Shown here piece by piece: positions 38,001 through 41,254 of a stretch of DNA of 41,254 nucleotides (positions within the stretch are counted from its first letter, which is position 1; every line of letters begins with the position of its first letter). A program made the position numbers and the translations under genes. The notes under the pieces were generated by a model. The model had not been told where the DNA came from and did not search any database. It saw only the letters and a program-made list of their open reading frames with translations. This DNA is from a virus (Duplodnaviria > Caudoviricetes), in the IMG/VR virus record IMGVR_UViG_3300010148_000030, positions 1 through 41,254 of that record; one strand, 5' to 3'.

Positions 38001-38564
38001 ATATGTCGATCCACTCCCAATTTGCTGTCCGTTCTCAAAACCCAATTTCAAACTGCGGAACAGCGTTGGTGAATACCAGCCGCCATATTGCTTGCTCCCA
38101 CTCATTTTTACATACCGTGCCCGCAAGTAGCGAGAATTGGAATGTGCCCCGATTTGACGGTTGCGTGTTGAATTGATTGTAGCGGCGATAAGTCGTGCCG
38201 CTTCTTCTGTGCCTAAATCAAAGGTTTTGGCGGGCATAACTGCCCCTGCGGCGATTGATGCGGCGTGTGCTTCGGCGGCTCGTTTGAGGTCAATGACGAC
38301 TGTGTTTGCCCCGTTGCGTATATCCTCGCCCGTTTGAGTGGCGTTGGTTGCATCGCCAGCCAATGGAGTTCTAATCATGTAGTTGATTCCCAATTGATTG
38401 ACCCCATCCTTGCCAAAAGTCATGGATGTGGGGTCTTCATAGGCCGTATCGGGATATGTAAAGTGGAGGCTGAAATACCCACTCGCAGGGATCCCGTCGT
38501 CGGAGCCAATGGGAGTCAAGGCGGCGGGATATTCCCGCTTCGCATAGGTCAACACCTCCGCCAT
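29016..38564 (-). CDS. Giant (3182-aa) tail-tip/baseplate-hub and adhesin-like protein
   Basis: GGTGA SD before ATG 38564; hub-like C-terminal region (ANHVIVEG...IQPGEIVNVDF); repeated beta modules. Confidence 0.7.
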   Translation of the reverse strand: MAEVLTYAKREYPAALTPIGSDDGIPASGYFSLHFTYPDTAYEDPTSMTFGKDGVNQLGINYMIRTPLAGDATNATQTGEDIRNGANTVVIDLKRAAEAHAASIAAGAVMPAKTFDLGTEEAARLIAATINSTRNRQIGAHSNSRYLRARYVKMSGSKQYGGWYSPTLFRSLKLGFENGQQIGSGSTYLKPNASFATTVNEIYTNVGVGGYLLPNEHLYTTDNRYIGQILEISGTRIRFYEPIKVALTASDKLRGGWLRLMDFGSTTRQGATSTHNIMPTDMPKRGTIVGNPNSTINDTAGADVSNYTLTYDGWEIVNDREVQFNITKVESTSPVKDILDSLATSQPTWFVNNDTEEQHTVVVSWEIDTPTGGGYWGTANGGPVVQGLGASLPVWYLTAKPMDGGNMGLPAANADSRGASPSTHTTGHGYSRFSIEGLNSCSLPDMPPPDKPFDGPVVAGSTEADPFQWTGLNDALDAHQEDELFITKSEFGTQMDDGGPFQTNCMVSTNATLTGGTTIKTLTPATKVSAHFNDGDVIYAADGTSLGTIAEGGIAETTNTGLTVIGPKNVDSGVRVDHGFGNTLNGDPPIGGNRCYNAFHFTAWKHTLGSLSTLKTGANAPNSYFEPGDEITDANDHLIGTVPICRTVKRQAPGQSGIIGSRVHIADGNDLFSDANRDIKSFTVDINDPNLIYHVGEKLYAEDIYYNTGVSLAILDINNLGNPGTEILAVGTGEDPTTVGYDGVRIKPHDRIYKKNGVNMTLIGTVKAVEPGHIELKSPSATFLNANEPVFVHAYIGTIKSMQETQHKTSVFGFISGTVANNSTTTLNFSTNNTTVFTRRVLPGAKLENNAGTLIGTVSSVGNREITLEANNQVALNVNSLVHVRGNSEWAMELEEKLHFDNLSQHEFYNDVANTTTTGQFRLIDDLRLRAESVSAQSITMSDPNDPSLSGTILRNIDRDERLFSPAVNYEAGVNNQGALNTQAQDWAYLRSHHDDGNNTGSRHLIVKSTAGVKSIDNEAYGGALMMNYADQNNGNPATLIGSDGKEYGTIAGVLDERVVAVGGTTYTYSRILLATCVADIPEGTLLHRAAPTLTLTSAISGNSLYHGQMLFKGKDINKWQVALENGHKINSRFPKWNNAYGDQHEEITSLTNSDVVLNKAVVKNGLKSEVSTITASTVAHTGSQGYVHRPFRTVRAVNTERVKGLQIPNEAMVWENIELVDDTGAELTLEGGSPFGTVIKDYNYKQNRIDPKTNTASSLPSTPGSGLEPNLEIQLPSQDEIPGNIIVRSGHDRVQAWRHLSWGMGGLSVPRPDEPGVIEANQSPFTSVVNPNQQHTTVGEATQFDTNDRVLHFHPVRILHDTLTSQFGLSLNNTPGAVPSGSTRMFAAHRLSDHTERGSVLPETQNGAVQASNIHAHHRIRFGRQGHHFVSPITMRGTPMSLRRQLHRSHGSAYSLMFEAETENKHFGFQSGHNDSDANTFYLDTMEVKSGAENTGSFNADGLPHAEIENNGLPNHHRYFNAAPNDGYDVLFAPGQEHTMSEGGMEQAHFVASNHGKELGNFGGYGNAGHTATVALELASSRVVNNRFTAGEEFTLNGFFVNQYLLMGGRPRPALRSLPHERSQVDPYGYTYNGHPAGWHQPRVGTELATTPPLIAHDPEMVNASATPVAIVESPANNQSHFTQVSEHNDLALVSASNTNSGATPDAFLCTWLAEYSHPALFGTSREQYMTFRYRTAGMPKAVNNPAVRGLMLRNAHSIGSQTTGTPKVAMPFERLYAFQWLQNYGYNGLNAGGHGTAWGTRAASAVLMGHSTIREPHGTLELRPNYVYHAYGRRKSRGEGIGDGLNPYKVVSRTILDRGGTNSQVWNEVTTVENAMVAVDWSRRLPVRAWGFRTGSDALNMLAGDPAETLTTQQKIQASGRFDGGKHDTMNTLPVGNDWQTLSAYTGVERTVPIGIVVSEHTNEGYDLEGFTRLSNKAWEKGENPAGMGRVLDIEDVGLVKPNALPAGLVHSHRTDFTAITGTSAKFLHAKTLNTGSDPIIGLNHHSGDATLAAGSVEAVSQSSAFGGGSTFIHQKGNNLHLNAHPVDHKVSSGDLTHYPAHGWGRSLNMKNKNEAERGTMPIPLSEIADHRQVQSDLSPRLGMVVETESERTTGKNEEYIVTSTKAVSLHSDLAVGQQFPLTPSWVQQTKWTKFAQGGQTAAAGPDATYGTDIAPNQIDQMPQWSLNRETLFDAPANSDSVRMFDSKGVQDHWAVRGCGDLPAWGGVYILRKTWLERPENDNNRRSVMPYDAADSLHSQNPVPINTVDQPVRKTADYIMRMVRPLKVFGFTTRKDWNNDDHFTQDGWLLGAYNTLTASNKAHQPFTRDKRYGMFELNQSKMPGTLEPIASRVDTAPTMAWPDANDRDVTWHLIPSANMLQHFKSDAARRDGEGSLVPSIDPRYSQTTHPGGKHVVSQTETQFTTQSNLALMDPYNRRGADEKVVKEQADLAMTTLGPKQKISIDGGTYIYVKDATVFPATGTLVIIGLTGQLTYNARDEQRLTISASTGQCGSINDLAGYEVYFGKNGDSTAATVANIHPSKHSLVVAPSFVDNAVSMGLSLPDKWDATDSGDTQTFSPNIAYRGIGHYEPSDFNMLTPQRFVLNDGAKEGVISYAKRPGTGGLSTVYVDGKALAADYCPPYLIDAVKKKWRIAGADVVSGEGLWQKNLLKFRNINGDSLSGGGMSLGLVRLGHSMAVGVRTTDAALMLLNDNGKSLPGADLISYESTIEPTRKDTALYDYGETAPTLGYLLRFKNGMGLSAALNAHPSLLSSVDHSSVFVSRDARGIGVLDTIRSLSQMDGRQLLLDETGRILYTGTVFVGRDKTVGSSSGPQTIEVSSMLEMANHVIVEGDKIAENERVRAEVKDLEKAKLMGGEGNEEGLLRTATQIVPGLKEPSLALRMAKQFMNRTESGASMLRIGGLVKASHIQPGEIVNVDFANEGVRGQFAVFESTTNSTTGFTDLVIGQYEKGIEGILADLLSSTAATSQEDPARLKERTEISLSGSIRLVAASRVRTRLVNNTRLIIGGRWRSGSVNTQLGAIGLKGGATGVIKNGAINATSTTAVVVDGVDATTRFAAGDRVYTLADAYVGLVQSVSATQITLTANNAVAIADNIELRVKTNRADPVGHSKSVFYEVR

Positions 38565-38568
38565 GTTA

Positions 38569-41253
38569 TCACCACACGGTTCTCGCATTATAGAGTGTTG
38601 CGACTTCGGCCGGGGTAAGGTGTTTATTCCACATGGCAATTTCGCTTAGGGCACCATTGAAATAAACAGGCGCATTTGCATGAGCCGCCTTTTTCCCGTG
38701 ATAATAATTCGTAGGAGCCGTCCACGGCAACAAAGCGACTCCAATAGTCAACATATTGTTTGCTTTGCCGTAAAAGCCACCAGTCAAAGCAGATCCGACA
38801 CCGATACCCAAAGGAAGGTGTGGTGCGTCTGTAAGGTTGACTTGATTGATGAACGACGCCCCTGTCCCATTCACTGCAATTCCGTTGATGTAAATTATTG
38901 GAAAGGCGGCTCCCGACGCCCTTGACACCACTACATGATACCAAGCGTTCTTTGGTTGGTTTGCTTGAACATCACTGGTTATTGAATGTGTAAGGGCACC
39001 TCCGCCTAAATCCGTATGGACAAAGGCTGTAATTGAGAAGTCCATAACGCTATTTGAGTTGCCTTGCTTTGAATTGATTGAAACACCAAATCCACGGCGT
39101 GTGCTATCAATCCCATGAACCACAGGCCCGTTGCCAAATGCGGCACTGCTCCAAGCATTCCCCGAAGCGTCGCCGGAATTGAAAAAGAATGAGAATGAAT
39201 ATGCCCCGTCGTTTGCGGCATCGTATGAGCCAAAAGCACCGAACATGTTGCTTTTCAACGGCACACGGGGCGACACGGCACTGTTGGCAAGTGTGCTGAT
39301 GTTATGGAGTGAAATGGCTCCTGCGTCAGTGTTCCCGTGAAGGTCAATTCCCTTTGATTCGGGATCTCCTGTTGCTGGGCCAGCCAAAAGCGATTGATTC
39401 GCAAAATCACCAAATGCCTTCAATTTTACACCGTGTATAGCGTCAAGAGCCAATTCTTTGCCACTTGCACCATGATCAGCGTGCAAAGCAGGTTCATTCA
39501 TTCGGACATACCAAAGGCACCCGTCGGTTTCCTTATCCAATAATCCCTCCGCTGGCACGACACCTGTTTCAGCGATGCTCTTAACATGATGAAGGCCACG
39601 GTATGTGTTCTCGTTCACTGTGTCAGCATTCTTCAATTTGCTAAAATCAAGGACAGCCGCCGATGTTTGCACTTCTTGTAGGTTTTGAAAGCCGCTATAT
39701 CCAGTCGGCCCCTTTGCGTAATGGTGGGTGTAAAAGTCGCTATAATCATTATCTGTGCCATCGCTAACATCAAAGGTGACGCCTGTGTGTCCCCCGCCAA
39801 AGAACAGAATACCGTTTGCGTCAATTAACGGGTTCAGCAATTTGATTGGCACTTCTTTCAATTTGCCACTGCTGTCATAGAACAATTCTTTCCATTTTTT
39901 GCCGAGCGTTTTATCCAATGGTTGACAATTGAACAGCCCCATGCAAGATCCAACCCCCGAAACCTTGCTGTTTGAAACATTGTTGGGGCCGGAAACCACT
40001 GCATCAAACTCACCCAAATGTTTGTCGTCAACCAAAATCAATCCCTTGTTTTGTCGGCTTATTTTCCTATTGATGCGGTAAATTATATCCAGTGCTTTGC
40101 GCTGAACCATGAGAGTCGGTTGGGCTTCGGGGTCATAATCGGGTATAAGGTTGCCATTTTCAAATTGAGGCAAAGCGACTGTGTTAAATGCGAACTCTCG
40201 CCCTATTCCGTTGTATTGGCGAAGGTTGCCGTCAGCGTCAGTCACGGTTCCATGAACACCCCCTTGAAATGTGGTTATTGGGACATGCGTTTCTCCATCC
40301 ATACCCAAAGGCAGTGGTGCGGCGAATGAACTTGCTTGATAAGAAAGGCTGTTGGACGCTACAAGCCCACCATGCCCAACGGCTTGAATAGGCCGATATG
40401 GATATGGGCTGTTGTTATTGATCCATACTGCAAAATCACGACCTGTGGCACCCGGAACGGTGCAGTGGATAACTACCGAAAGACCCTTTTCGCCAGTTCG
40501 GCTTTCAACCTGTTGTCCCAAAAAGGCTCTCACATAGCCCATGTGCGAACCAGTGTCATTTGAAGTGACCCTGTATATTCCAGCATCCGTGGTGAACAAT
40601 GGAGGTGGATTGAAGGCACTCCCTCCGTTGCTGTTTTTGGCGTTTGGATGTCCGGCTTGATTGATTCTTCGGATGAGTTCGTCAACAGCCTCTTCAAACT
40701 TGCTGACTGAACCAGCACTCCCTATGTCGCCCAAATTAAGGCGCATAGGACGAACCCAGTCCAATGTGTTGTCGTTGCGCTTGCCTTTCAATGACAAATG
40801 ACCGGAACGACATTCCACTGGTGGGAGAAGAGGTTTGGTGCCAGCACCATAGACATAATTGCCGGGGTCAAAGGTGAAGCCCTCCATAGTCGGGCCGTCG
40901 TGAATAAGAATGGTTGCGCCTGTTGGATCACTGGGGTCAACTTGTATTCCACTTCGTATTGTTATACCGTTCGTGGTGGTTCGCCCAAGTGCGAAGGTCT
41001 TTTCCAGCGGCCCAATGAAGTTCTGTGCCATTGTAGCGTTGTCGGTGCTTGCTATGGCATTGAGGGCGGAGAAAGTGGCGTTGTTTCCAACAGTGCCAAC
41101 CCCAACCGCACCATCGGAAGCGTCAGTGAGCCAGCAACCCATTGTCACTGGCAAACCAGTCGTGATTATGTTTTTGAGTTCGGCGTAAGTCAACCCGTTG
41201 TCGTCAAAGTGGTGAAATGCGTCAAAATACAGACGGTGTTCACCGTTTGTCAA
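38569..41253 (-). CDS. Large virion protein with C-terminal LamG/concanavalin A-like domain, 5'-truncated
   Basis: WYHVVV...IYING...LTIG...FNGALSEIAMWNKHLTPAEVATLYN; frame open to the window edge. Confidence 0.8.
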   Translation of the reverse strand: MTNGEHRLYFDAFHHFDDNGLTYAELKNIITTGLPVTMGCWLTDASDGAVGVGTVGNNATFSALNAIASTDNATMAQNFIGPLEKTFALGRTTTNGITIRSGIQVDPSDPTGATILIHDGPTMEGFTFDPGNYVYGAGTKPLLPPVECRSGHLSLKGKRNDNTLDWVRPMRLNLGDIGSAGSVSKFEEAVDELIRRINQAGHPNAKNSNGGSAFNPPPLFTTDAGIYRVTSNDTGSHMGYVRAFLGQQVESRTGEKGLSVVIHCTVPGATGRDFAVWINNNSPYPYRPIQAVGHGGLVASNSLSYQASSFAAPLPLGMDGETHVPITTFQGGVHGTVTDADGNLRQYNGIGREFAFNTVALPQFENGNLIPDYDPEAQPTLMVQRKALDIIYRINRKISRQNKGLILVDDKHLGEFDAVVSGPNNVSNSKVSGVGSCMGLFNCQPLDKTLGKKWKELFYDSSGKLKEVPIKLLNPLIDANGILFFGGGHTGVTFDVSDGTDNDYSDFYTHHYAKGPTGYSGFQNLQEVQTSAAVLDFSKLKNADTVNENTYRGLHHVKSIAETGVVPAEGLLDKETDGCLWYVRMNEPALHADHGASGKELALDAIHGVKLKAFGDFANQSLLAGPATGDPESKGIDLHGNTDAGAISLHNISTLANSAVSPRVPLKSNMFGAFGSYDAANDGAYSFSFFFNSGDASGNAWSSAAFGNGPVVHGIDSTRRGFGVSINSKQGNSNSVMDFSITAFVHTDLGGGALTHSITSDVQANQPKNAWYHVVVSRASGAAFPIIYINGIAVNGTGASFINQVNLTDAPHLPLGIGVGSALTGGFYGKANNMLTIGVALLPWTAPTNYYHGKKAAHANAPVYFNGALSEIAMWNKHLTPAEVATLYNARTVW

Positions 41254-41254
41254 T

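Larger units (their letters stand above)
1..41254. mobile_element. Fragment of an archaeal tailed dsDNA virus genome (Magrovirus-like, probable host Marine Group II/Poseidoniales)
   Basis: Archaeal-type PolB, PCNA, RFC, fused primase, ERCC4 and MCM-like genes in one tightly coupled block facing giant tail proteins; no housekeeping genes; archaeal SD motifs. Taxonomy is inferred from recalled gene content. Confidence 0.8.

Noticed and set aside
29016-41253. Diversity-generating retroelement acting on tail genes
   Set aside because: No reverse transcriptase and no near-identical TR/VR nucleotide pair seen in this window.
1-41254. Many antisense or alternate-frame ORFs in the track (e.g. 5686-6573 -, 13013-13624 +, 29212-29772 +), and tRNA/rRNA genes
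   Set aside because: These are shadows of well-supported coupled genes without motifs or SDs; intergenic gaps are short and show no tRNA-like structure.

Overview
This window is a gene-dense fragment of an archaeal head-tailed dsDNA virus, most likely a Magrovirus-type virus of Marine Group II Euryarchaeota (Poseidoniales). The assignment is inferred from gene content, archaeal GGAGG/GGTGA ribosome-binding sites and TATA-like promoters; no database search was run. The + strand (1-26949) starts with small accessory genes: Zn-ribbons, a SprT-like protease, a DenV-like glycosylase, and PC4-like and TFB-like proteins. A nearly complete archaeal-type replisome follows: ligase-like protein, RFC, probable RPA, RecA-fold ATPase, PCNA, PolB, Cas4-like nuclease, fused PriS-PriL primase, ERCC4 nuclease and MCM-like helicase. 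Three DNA methyltransferases and a PAPS-reductase-family enzyme are interspersed. The convergent - strand (26946-41254) encodes tail/structural proteins, including a 3182-aa giant. The most interesting signals suggest a replisome-coupled DNA-modification/anti-restriction system. (1) All three MTases end in clamp-binding-like tails. (2) PolB and the PAPS-reductase protein share a PxEWW tail. (3) One MTase is a cassette flanked by a perfect 24-bp direct repeat. (4) Many short palindromes appear purged, while TCGA and YCWGR survive only where they overlap GATC. Also notable are an apparently catalytically dead ligase, a PolB with altered active-site motifs, and a nested repeat domain in the giant tail protein. 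Motif absences were judged by eye and need k-mer counts.
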